Positions 45,371 through 54,239 of a stretch of DNA of 64,000 nt are shown piece by piece; the first letter of the stretch is position 1; each line of letters opens with the position of its first letter. Under the pieces are notes generated by a model. The model was not told where the DNA came from, searched no databases, and saw only the letters and a list, made by a program, of their open reading frames with translations. The DNA comes from Carpediemonas membranifera BICM (taxonomy: Eukaryota > Protista > Fornicata), in NCBI GenBank assembly GCA_019828565.1, contig JAHDYR010000012.1, positions 682,001-746,000 of the forward strand, in the 5' to 3' direction. Both the position numbers and the translations under genes were made by a program.

Positions 45371-46876
45371 CTAGAGTAGGGTGGTCTGCTCCTCGTCCAC
45401 GCCGGCCTGCTCGACCCTGGACTGGTGCTCGCGGATCACACGCGTGATGTGTCCCTCCCGGAAGAACAGGCTGATGACGACGCCGACGACAGACGCCCCG
45501 GAGCCCGTCAGAGCGATGGCACGCACGCCGAACGGATGGGCGCTGCTCTTGCCCAGTAATAACAGCGACGGGAAGATGAGGTTGGCCGCGCTGATTCCAA
45601 CCTTGTTGCTGAACGTCTTGGCGGCGAAGAACATGCCGCTCTTGCCCTCCCGGCCCGTCTCGATGGCGTCGGCGACGGCGATCTCGCTGATGATTGCGTT
45701 AGGGAGCATGAGAAATACCGAAATGGGGTATGCGATCGTGACAATGATCAGGGCAAGCTGCACGGTTGACAGCACCGGGACGTGTGTGAGGGCCGCCAGC
45801 ATCAGGAAGTCGACGCTGAGGAGCGCAAACCCGGTGACCATGAGGATCTTGCGACCCAGCTTGTGGGCGACGTAGTTGATTGGGGCCTGGAGGAGGAAGG
45901 CGATGATGAACACGACGGCCATGAGCAGCGTGGCCCAGAGTGAGCTGGCGTCGTAGAGGACGGTGACGTAGTACACCATGCCGCTTGTCATGAACGTCTG
46001 TACCAGGAAGAACGTGCAGACGCAGACGCCGAATACGCGGAAGGGGCCATTGGCCATGGCCGTGAGGAACGACGTGAATATGTTCTCCTTGGCCGGCATG
46101 TGGACGGTGTGGACACCCTCACGGACAGCCAGGATGGGCATCAGCATCGCGATGAACCCGACCAGGGCGTTGAGAGCGACGCCGACCTGGAAGGCGTGCA
46201 CGTTGCTCAGGCCGAGGGCCCCGACGGCAGCAGACGTCAAGTAGATGCAGTTGCCGCCACCATAGCCCAGGGCCCATGCTATAGCGAGCATGGTTGACAT
46301 ATTGAGCCGCTCAGCGATGGTGTGTCCGACCTCGGGCAGCAGGGCCGAGTAGGGGGCGACGTAGCACGTCATCGACCAGTAGAAGACGACCATGAGGGCC
46401 AGCAGCCACACGGCGTTGATGACACTCTCGTGGCCAACGAGTGGGATGAACGCGAAGACGGAGGAGAGCGAGAAGGGCACAATCGCGGCAATCATGAAGG
46501 TCTTGCGCTTCCCGAGGCGGAAATTAGAACGATCGGACAGCCCAGCCACCAGCGGGTCGGTCACGGCGTCGAACACGCGGGCAACGGCGTTGATGAGGCC
46601 GACAGAGGTGAAAATGATGAGGAAACCATGCTGACTGATGAAGGTGGAGAACTTGGCGGTACCGTCCTGGACAGGCGGCATGTAGAAGTACGAGACAAGC
46701 GTACTCACGGAGAAGGCCGTCAGAGACCAACCGAACTCGCCACATGCGAACATGATCTTTCTCAGCAAAGACAGCTGGCGAGGGCCGTCGCTGGAGGCAT
46801 CGATCGTATCGCCACCCTCGGTATCACTGTTGTCTTGGATGAGTGGCCCGATGGGAGATTCCTGAACTGATTCCAT
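45371..46876 (-). CDS. MFS sugar/glycoside transporter (GPH/MFS_2, MelB-like)
   Basis: ARVFDAVTDPLVAGLSDRS…GKRK; PYSALLPE…ER; GMFFA…K. The likely start is MESVQE at 46876. Confidence 0.9.
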   Translation of the reverse strand: MESVQESPIGPLIQDNSDTEGGDTIDASSDGPRQLSLLRKIMFACGEFGWSLTAFSVSTLVSYFYMPPVQDGTAKFSTFISQHGFLIIFTSVGLINAVARVFDAVTDPLVAGLSDRSNFRLGKRKTFMIAAIVPFSLSSVFAFIPLVGHESVINAVWLLALMVVFYWSMTCYVAPYSALLPEVGHTIAERLNMSTMLAIAWALGYGGGNCIYLTSAAVGALGLSNVHAFQVGVALNALVGFIAMLMPILAVREGVHTVHMPAKENIFTSFLTAMANGPFRVFGVCVCTFFLVQTFMTSGMVYYVTVLYDASSLWATLLMAVVFIIAFLLQAPINYVAHKLGRKILMVTGFALLSVDFLMLAALTHVPVLSTVQLALIIVTIAYPISVFLMLPNAIISEIAVADAIETGREGKSGMFFAAKTFSNKVGISAANLIFPSLLLLGKSSAHPFGVRAIALTGSGASVVGVVISLFFREGHITRVIREHQSRVEQAGVDEEQTTLL

Positions 46877-47086
46877 CCGTCGAGGATTGAAGCTTGGCGT
46901 ATCCTGCGGGTAAGTAGCTGCGAGTCTGGTGCAGGATAGTGCCGACCAGCCCCTCCCCGCGGCCCCGGTCTGTCGGCCGTGACTGGACAAGCTGGTGGGG
47001 ACTCGGGTTGGCAGGGAATGGCTACCAAAGAAACGAATGGCACATGAGAGCTGGTAAAACACGTAATTTAATCCCTTTATTACACC

Positions 47087-47776
47087 TTAGTCCCGCAGCC
47101 GCCTGTTGAAGAGCCCGATCCGGGGCGACCGGGTGCCGCGCCGCTTCAGTCGGCGCCACTCCTGCCGCGACAGCAGCACGAAGTCGTCGTCCTGGGTCTT
47201 ATCCTGCTTCCGGGGGCGGGTCAGGGGGGTCACGAGTGAGCGGTGCCGGTGCCGCTGCTGGACGGGCTCGGGCTGCTGCTCCTGCGGCGGCTCGTCGTCC
47301 TCGTCATTGGAGGACTCGTCGCTGTCGAGCTGCTCGATGATGGCGACAGTCTCGATGCCGATGGGGGCATCATCGTCTGTTTCGTCGGCCTCGGAACTAC
47401 TGGCCGCCTCATCCTTGATCTCTTGTATCCTCTGCTGTGTAGGTGTGTCGTTCATCGGCTTGTTGCTTCTCCTGTCCTGAAAGCAGCGCTGGATGCGGCC
47501 CGAGGAGAGGCACAGCCGAGCAGGACGAGAATCGTCGTCAAACTCGCTGAAAAAGTGCCCAATGTATTCGGACGCGCTCATCTCATCGCTGCTGTCCTCA
47601 TCGTCAAAGAAGGACCGGAGCACGTGGAACATTCCGTTGTTCTGGGATCGATTGGTTGTTGGCCGAGTCGGGGAGTCGACCGACCCCACAAAAGTGACCA
47701 TAATGCGGCATGCAGCGCCATCCACCTGTGTCCCCACGTCATCACATGCCACTATCCGGCCTTTATACAGTCTCAA
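47087..47776 (-). CDS. Hypothetical acidic protein (start uncertain, possibly ~47632)
   Basis: ORF with acidic tracts and a basic C-terminus filling the intergenic gap. Confidence 0.5.
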   Translation of the reverse strand: MRLYKGRIVACDDVGTQVDGAACRIMVTFVGSVDSPTRPTTNRSQNNGMFHVLRSFFDDEDSSDEMSASEYIGHFFSEFDDDSRPARLCLSSGRIQRCFQDRRSNKPMNDTPTQQRIQEIKDEAASSSEADETDDDAPIGIETVAIIEQLDSDESSNDEDDEPPQEQQPEPVQQRHRHRSLVTPLTRPRKQDKTQDDDFVLLSRQEWRRLKRRGTRSPRIGLFNRRLRD

Positions 47777-50208
47777 TCCATCGTCATCCCGAAACGCACG
47801 TTACGCGGCAGGGGTGTGCCCTTGTACCGTTTCGTCGCACGGTCCAGCTGCGGCGTCGCGTCGGCAAACCTCACCGCAGGCCCGGCTGGGGCTGGGGCGG
47901 GCATGGCTGATGGCCCGGGCGTTGAGTCGTCGCTGAGTCGGAATCTCCCCGCGAGCGGTGTCTTCGGCAGCGGCTTCTTCGGCGTCGGCGTGACGGCCGG
48001 CGTGACCACAGCGAACCGGACGCCCCGACCGGCGGGCGTCCCTGCCAGCCTGAACCCGGCCGGGAGCGGCGTGCCCCGGTATGCCTTGGGGCGCTTGGTC
48101 TGGCGCACGTTGGTGGGGACGTCTCCGTCGAACGTCACCCGCCGGCCCATGCTGATGGTCGCGGCCGGCGCCATCGACAGGGGCGTCCCGGCTGAGCCGT
48201 ACGAGAGCATCGACGCGTCGGACAGCATTGGCGTGCCGAACGTCAGGCCAGTGGCCGGTGTCCTCGCCGCGAACGCCCCGGGTGTGGGCCAGGCTTGGGG
48301 GGTACCCAGCACGGTCGACCTCGGCACTGGGATCGCTGCGGTCCGCGGGAACGGCATGATGGGGCTCGGGCTGGGCTCGGGCTGCCGGGGCGCGGGTGTC
48401 TCCGCGGCCGGTGGGAGGGCGTGTTCGATGGCCTCGCCTGCCTCAGCCGCGGCGGACAGCACCGCGGCCCTCTCATCGCCCGTGCACGCGGCCTTGGCGA
48501 CGTCGACGAGCTGGCCGCGCTGCACAGCGACCTGCACTGTGACCCTGGTGGCGATGGCCCTGTCTACGGGCAGGGCCCTTGATGCCATGAGGATGGCGGC
48601 CAGGTCGCCTTGCTGGCATATGGCCTCGAACAGGAGCTCCGGCCGGTCGTGTCGGGCAGCTACTAGCGCGGCGACCTGGGGGCGGCCGAGGTCAAGGAGG
48701 CGTTGGACGACAGCCTCGACCACCACGGCTGGGGCCAGTAGGAGCGCGGTCTCGGATGGCTCTGCACCTCTGTCGAGGTCCAGCAGGGCCTGTGCGACGG
48801 TGGCAGCGTGTGGGTGGATGCCCCTGCCAGTCAGCTCGGCCAACAGGGCCGGGGGGGCCGCGCCGCTGTCGAGGTGGGTGGCCAGCAGCAGCAGCGCGGC
48901 GCCCAGCCAAACGTCCTCGACATCGACCCCGTCTGCGGCCCGGATCCGGTCGCCGAGGTCCTCCCAGGGGATGGGGTAATGCTGGCCGGGGAGGAGGTGG
49001 GCCGCCAGGACGTCCAGCGTCGGTGCCGTCGTGCCCGCGGCTGGGGGGAAGAGGGCCTGCCGCCGTGCACTCGCGGCCTCGATCTTCGTCCTGCGGGAGT
49101 GGGCCGTCTCCTCGTCGGGGCGGGGGAGTGGCGCCACGGCCACCGCCAGGCGGACCCTCAGGACGCACACGGCCCGCTGGATGTCGTCGAGCAGCTCCCC
49201 AACCACGGCCGCGGACAGCTGGGTCGCCGTGCGGTGTGTGTCTAGCGTCGATACGACCCCGAGCAGCACGAGGCAGGCATCCTCGGCGGCCACGAGGGCG
49301 GCGGCGTCGGTGGTGTCGCTGAATGAGAGCTGGTTTAGGGCCATGCGGACCCAGTCGAGCACCATGGCGCCGTCCAGCGCCTCGTCCTCGGCCGCGGCAG
49401 CCAGGACGCCCGGGATTCCCATGCGCAGGGCCCAGGACAGTGCTGTGTGGACGGTGGGGTCGCCCTCGGTCTGCTCCACCGCGCGGTGCTCGTAGAGGGC
49501 GGTCTGCAGCACGCCTATGGACGGTCTAGGTACGGTCACGGCCAACCGGGCCTCGGGGCTGGCCATGACGAGCGTGTGGTCGCCCCGGGACACCCGCAGC
49601 AGGGGTCCGGGGGGCGGGCCCTCCTGTACGAGCGGCCTCAGCCCGTGGGGCAGTCTGTGCGGGTTGAATGACCCGTGGCGCAGAACGGGGGGGGGCGGGG
49701 TGAATATGGTGAAGGAGCCCGGGACCATGCGGGCCTCGGTGTCGGCCGCCCCGCTGTACTGTGTGTGCAGGATAGATACGCCGTCTGGGAGCCTCTCTGT
49801 GAGAGCCAAGGTCTGGGAGCGGAGGGCTTGGGCAGCCGGGACAACGACGGCCCATACTGAGGTGTGAGAGGAGAAGATGAAGCCGGCGGTGTTAAACTCG
49901 AAGAACACATCGGTCAATAATGACGACTGCTCATTGCTAGGTGCCCTAGTACGCAAGCGGAACAGGGGATGAACTACCCTCGCTGAACTCTGTGTGATAG
50001 GCACGACATGGAGCTCAATGTCTCCATCTGCAGTAATATCTTGCTTCCAAAGGTGATCTGTGCAACCACTTGGCCTGCAGGAGTGCCCTTTGGCCGAGTA
50101 TCGAGATCGAAGCATCTTTTCTGCATAAAATGCGAAATTGATGAATTCGGCGGAACATGGACGTTGAGCGTCAAATAAGCCCTGCATCAGGCCACAACTG
50201 GGCCACAC
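47773..50208 (-). CDS. Hypothetical protein, possibly a divergent ELYS-like nucleoporin; TP-rich disordered tail (start uncertain)
   Basis: 811-aa ORF: beta-rich N-terminus, helical core HYP…LLL..HLD…ALLDLD, low-complexity tail. Confidence 0.6.
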   Translation of the reverse strand: MWPSCGLMQGLFDAQRPCSAEFINFAFYAEKMLRSRYSAKGHSCRPSGCTDHLWKQDITADGDIELHVVPITQSSARVVHPLFRLRTRAPSNEQSSLLTDVFFEFNTAGFIFSSHTSVWAVVVPAAQALRSQTLALTERLPDGVSILHTQYSGAADTEARMVPGSFTIFTPPPPVLRHGSFNPHRLPHGLRPLVQEGPPPGPLLRVSRGDHTLVMASPEARLAVTVPRPSIGVLQTALYEHRAVEQTEGDPTVHTALSWALRMGIPGVLAAAAEDEALDGAMVLDWVRMALNQLSFSDTTDAAALVAAEDACLVLLGVVSTLDTHRTATQLSAAVVGELLDDIQRAVCVLRVRLAVAVAPLPRPDEETAHSRRTKIEAASARRQALFPPAAGTTAPTLDVLAAHLLPGQHYPIPWEDLGDRIRAADGVDVEDVWLGAALLLLATHLDSGAAPPALLAELTGRGIHPHAATVAQALLDLDRGAEPSETALLLAPAVVVEAVVQRLLDLGRPQVAALVAARHDRPELLFEAICQQGDLAAILMASRALPVDRAIATRVTVQVAVQRGQLVDVAKAACTGDERAAVLSAAAEAGEAIEHALPPAAETPAPRQPEPSPSPIMPFPRTAAIPVPRSTVLGTPQAWPTPGAFAARTPATGLTFGTPMLSDASMLSYGSAGTPLSMAPAATISMGRRVTFDGDVPTNVRQTKRPKAYRGTPLPAGFRLAGTPAGRGVRFAVVTPAVTPTPKKPLPKTPLAGRFRLSDDSTPGPSAMPAPAPAGPAVRFADATPQLDRATKRYKGTPLPRNVRFGMTMD

Positions 50209-50279
50209 CTACTTCCCACGCCTTCTTTGTCGGCTATGACTCGCCCGACTCCAGCAACGAGAACTTGAACGGAGAACGA

Positions 50280-51842
50280 ATGGCTTCACAGAGTTCCTGG
50301 GATGATCTTGCTATCGGCAGTTCCTTGGTAGAAGCTGTCAAGGACATCGCCGGCGATGATTCGAAGCCGTACGATCTCCAGAAGAGAGCAATTGAGGCCA
50401 TCCTTGCTCAGAAGAACGTGTGCATCAAGGCGCCGACTGGGCAAGGCAAGACGCTCGCTTTCGCGCTCCCTATGATGCGGATTTGTCTCGATAAGCTCGA
50501 AGGCGGCGGACGCTTCACGGGCCTGCTCCTCGTCCCCAGCACCGAGCTCTGCGGCCAGACGCAGCGCGTCATCACCAGCCTCATCAAGCACACGGGCCGC
50601 TCCGACATCTCGGTCAACATCCTCACGGCGAAACCGGTGAAGCGCAAGACAGCCACGACGCCCTCATTCCACGTCTGCACGCCGCAGACGCTGCATGCCA
50701 ACCTCGAGGCCGTACCCGCGCTAGATATGCTCGTCATCGACGAGGCGGAGGCCATTCTGACTGGCGGCGCGGACGGTGAGCAGCTGCAGGCCAACGTCGA
50801 GGCGCTGATGGCCCGGGGAACCCCCCAGTGGGTCGTGGCGTCGGCCACACTCAGCGAGGACGTCAGCCGGGTGATGGAGAGCATGACCGCGACGATCGAC
50901 GGCGAGGGTCCCGAGTATACCACGGTCGAGACGGCCGTGGCGGCGGGGGAGTTCCGTCACACCCTGATCCGCGCGACCCATAGCGACCAGCGGCTCAGCA
51001 AGATGCTGGCGTTGGTGGGCTTCTTCATGGTCGCCCGCAACAAGCTGAGCTCGACGATTATCTTCACGCGCTCGGTCGACACGGCCTACGCCATCCACAT
51101 GGTCTTGTCGGACCACAGTGCGGCCAAGACAGTCGTACTCAACCCAGCATTCCCCCTCGAGAGCAAGCGGTCCATCGTCGCAGCCTTCGACGCCGGCCGG
51201 AAGAACGTCCTGATCGCTGTTGACGACGATGCCCATCCCGACGCCGATGAGAGCAGTGTGGCTCGGGGCATCGACTTCCAGGGGGCTGCCACAGTTGTCC
51301 ACTTCGACGAGGCGACGACGCCCGAGCAGTACACGCACCGCTCAGGGCGGGCGGGGCGGGCCGGGGAAGAGGGCCAGTCCATCACACTCAGCCCGACCCC
51401 CGCCGCGGAGCTCGGGGCCAGACTCGGGGTTGCCCTCACCGAGCACAAGTTGGACGCCGCGGCGATGGAGGCGTTCAAGTACCGGGTGAACGACAGCATG
51501 CGGCGGGCCACACCGGCAATCATCCGGGAGATCCAGGCGGCCGAGATGCGGCAGGAGATGGTCAATAACGAGCGGCTGCGGGACTTCTTCCAGGCGAACC
51601 CACAGGACCGAGCCGCCCTGAACCACGCCAACGTCGCCGTTGGGCCCAGCCGCAAGCACAAGGCGGGCGCCATCCCTGACTATCTGTCGGGCGACGTGAA
51701 GGCGATGCAGCGGTCTACTCACGGGCTGCAGATCAGAGGCATGCGGACTAAGCGGCAACAGGAGAAGGTGACCAAGCGGCGTCGGGCGGAGCGGAAGGCG
51801 GAGAAGAAGAAGAGTTTCGCCACAAAGGGCAAGAAGAGGTAA
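50280..51842 (+). CDS. DDX56: DEAD-box RNA helicase, Dbp9/DDX56-like
   Basis: APTGQGKT, VPSTELC, DEAE, SAT, ARGID, HRSGRAGRAG, plus the Dbp9-type C-terminus FKYRVND…IRE…E.R.E..N.E.L..FF..NP.D…IPDYL. Confidence 0.88.
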   Translation: MASQSSWDDLAIGSSLVEAVKDIAGDDSKPYDLQKRAIEAILAQKNVCIKAPTGQGKTLAFALPMMRICLDKLEGGGRFTGLLLVPSTELCGQTQRVITSLIKHTGRSDISVNILTAKPVKRKTATTPSFHVCTPQTLHANLEAVPALDMLVIDEAEAILTGGADGEQLQANVEALMARGTPQWVVASATLSEDVSRVMESMTATIDGEGPEYTTVETAVAAGEFRHTLIRATHSDQRLSKMLALVGFFMVARNKLSSTIIFTRSVDTAYAIHMVLSDHSAAKTVVLNPAFPLESKRSIVAAFDAGRKNVLIAVDDDAHPDADESSVARGIDFQGAATVVHFDEATTPEQYTHRSGRAGRAGEEGQSITLSPTPAAELGARLGVALTEHKLDAAAMEAFKYRVNDSMRRATPAIIREIQAAEMRQEMVNNERLRDFFQANPQDRAALNHANVAVGPSRKHKAGAIPDYLSGDVKAMQRSTHGLQIRGMRTKRQQEKVTKRRRAERKAEKKKSFATKGKKR

Positions 51843-51915
51843 ATACTGCGGTTAGCGGGGCGATGGCGGGAAGGGCAGTCGGCTGGGTCAAACAGACTCG
51901 CAAACAGGAGAGGCC

Positions 51916-53649
51916 ATGAGCCAAGCCGCAGACGTCGTCAGCGCTTGCATGTGCACTACCATCATCGAAAACTACATTATAGGGGCGAACGAGGGCGAAC
52001 TGATGGTTCTGAACGTGTCCCTCGACATCGGCATCGAGAAGTTCGCCATGAAGTTCCCATGTCAGCTTTATAGCATCTTAGCACGCTCATGTGACGATAT
52101 ATTTGCCTTTGGCATCGCATGGGAGGAATCGACGCACTTTGTCGAGCTCTTCAAGGCCGACCTCGCCCAGCCCCATCCCAAATGGACGCCACTGCCCCGT
52201 CCGCCGGTCCGCGAGAGGCTGACGTACTTCGCAGTGGACATAGAGGGCAGCAACCTGATCATCCACGGCGGCGACACCCCCGACGAGCCCGTGCTGACCG
52301 ACCGCTTCGGCATGGACCTCGACACCCTCGAGTGGGTCCGCCTGCCGTCGGAGGTGGCGCGGCACGGACATATCCTCGCGGGCGGGCTGGCCATCGGCGG
52401 ATTCTCCCCGACCCAGGGCTGGACCGGCGCCGTGACGCGGGTTGGCGTCGCACGCCGCAGGTCCAACGCGCGCCGAGCGATGACCGGGGATGCCGGTACT
52501 TCAGACGGACCCCTGGCCCCGTGCCCGGTGGTTCTCAAGGCCCACGAGACTATGCACGCCCGCACTGCTGGCGGCCTCGTGGCGCTGACCGGTGCCCGGC
52601 TGCTGCAGTACTCCGTGCGGCGGGACGAGTGGACCGAGCTTCCCCTGCAGCCCGCCACCTCCAGCGCCCCGTCGACCCCTGTGTCGCCGAGGGGACGCCG
52701 TGCGAGTGTCCAGGCGTCGGTGAGTGTCCGGGCCCGGCCTGTGCTGGGGCTGGTCCGCGGGCTGCCCGTGATCTTCATGGGGGCCGAGCGGTACGTCGTG
52801 CTGGGTGAGGGTCTGATCAAATTCCGCACTCTGATCACACCAGACGACCCGCGGGAGACGGTCCGCGCTAACGACGCGCTCTTCGTCGGCTTCAGTTCAG
52901 ACCAGCAGGCCGACCTGCTGCGGCGGCTGCGGCTGTTCGTGGCCAACAGCACGTTTGACGCCTTCACCACGACCCTTGCCCGCTGCGACGTGACGGACGA
53001 CGTCAAGGCCGTCGCTACAGAGGCCGGCGCGCTGCATCTGGTCTCCTCGACTTGGACTCTGCCCGCCGACCTGCGCTTCCTGTCCCTCGACGATCACGGG
53101 CTCGACCCCACCCAGCTCGCCCTCATGCTCTCCCGTGCGGCCCGGCTGCCCTCCCTGGAGCGGCTGGTCGTCGACTCGCCGTGGAGAGTGGCCCCGCCCG
53201 CTGACATGAAGGCCCCATCGTGGTTTGACTACCGTGGGTATTTCGGGCTGGCGGATGGGGTGCTCTCCGTTGAGGTCGCCGATGGTGTCGATGGACTCGT
53301 CAAGCTGGCCGTGGAGAACGGCGTGCGGCGGGTAGTGTTCGAGAAGACGGTCGACTGCGACGCCGTCTCCATGGGTGCCCTCGAGGCCCTAGCGGCCGGC
53401 GGGGTGGCTGTCGATACTTCCGACAGCATCCTGGCCGTGAAGCACCACACCGCCGTAATGATGCGGCAGATGACGAAGGTCGACGCCCTGCAGTCCCAGG
53501 TCGCGGCCCTACAGGACGCAGTGGCCGCGGCGGTCGACCGGATCGACGGGCTCGAACAGGCGGACGACGAACACGATGAGGCCATCGATAAGTTGCAGTC
53601 GATGATGAGTAGCATCAGCACGGTGCTGGCATACGGCCGGGCGAAGTAG
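51916..53649 (+). CDS. Hypothetical protein with Kelch-like repeats and a C-terminal coiled coil
   Basis: LIIHGG…DLDTLEW..LP…RHGH…IGG; LQYS…EW. Confidence 0.7.
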   Translation: MSQAADVVSACMCTTIIENYIIGANEGELMVLNVSLDIGIEKFAMKFPCQLYSILARSCDDIFAFGIAWEESTHFVELFKADLAQPHPKWTPLPRPPVRERLTYFAVDIEGSNLIIHGGDTPDEPVLTDRFGMDLDTLEWVRLPSEVARHGHILAGGLAIGGFSPTQGWTGAVTRVGVARRRSNARRAMTGDAGTSDGPLAPCPVVLKAHETMHARTAGGLVALTGARLLQYSVRRDEWTELPLQPATSSAPSTPVSPRGRRASVQASVSVRARPVLGLVRGLPVIFMGAERYVVLGEGLIKFRTLITPDDPRETVRANDALFVGFSSDQQADLLRRLRLFVANSTFDAFTTTLARCDVTDDVKAVATEAGALHLVSSTWTLPADLRFLSLDDHGLDPTQLALMLSRAARLPSLERLVVDSPWRVAPPADMKAPSWFDYRGYFGLADGVLSVEVADGVDGLVKLAVENGVRRVVFEKTVDCDAVSMGALEALAAGGVAVDTSDSILAVKHHTAVMMRQMTKVDALQSQVAALQDAVAAAVDRIDGLEQADDEHDEAIDKLQSMMSSISTVLAYGRAK

Positions 53650-54239
53650 AGGACAGCTTGCACTGACAATCCTTGGTGCTATGTAAATGGCTATTTATGT
53701 TTGCCCCGCTACCCAGCAGACGGTTCATCTCGGTCGGCGAGGGCGGGCCATGCTATCACTCTTCATGAATGAGTTGGCAAACGATGCAGCAAGTCGCTTC
53801 ATTGTTGGTCACAGCCATGTCGCCCCAGATAAGCATGGCCAGCAGCTTGCACATGATTCAAATCTTGCTCTACAGACATCAGTAGAAGAAAATTGGAAAG
53901 CAACCCAGTATAACCGAACTGTGTTACCTTAGCTGACTTGACCCGGGTTGTTCACGCCCAACTTACATATTCACTGTCGTCGACAGGCATTGCTCATGTC
54001 GACTTGCCTGCCGAATATTCAGTCCCTGGGGTGATGTTTATCCCGGAAAGTTGAATGCTTTCACTCCTATTGGGTACACAGCAGATAAACGAGAATCGCG
54101 CAGTTTATGCCTAAATTGGCGTTACATCGCGCTGACAGGTTACCTCGGGTAACGGGCCGTGAGCGGAGGGCAATGAGATCGCCTCGCTCCGGCATGGTGA
54201 TGCGCCGACCAGGCGAGCCGCGCAGTTTATGCGGGCAGA

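Noticed and set aside
47243-48979. 578-aa plus-strand ORF
   Set aside because: Antisense shadow of two minus-strand genes in very GC-rich sequence.
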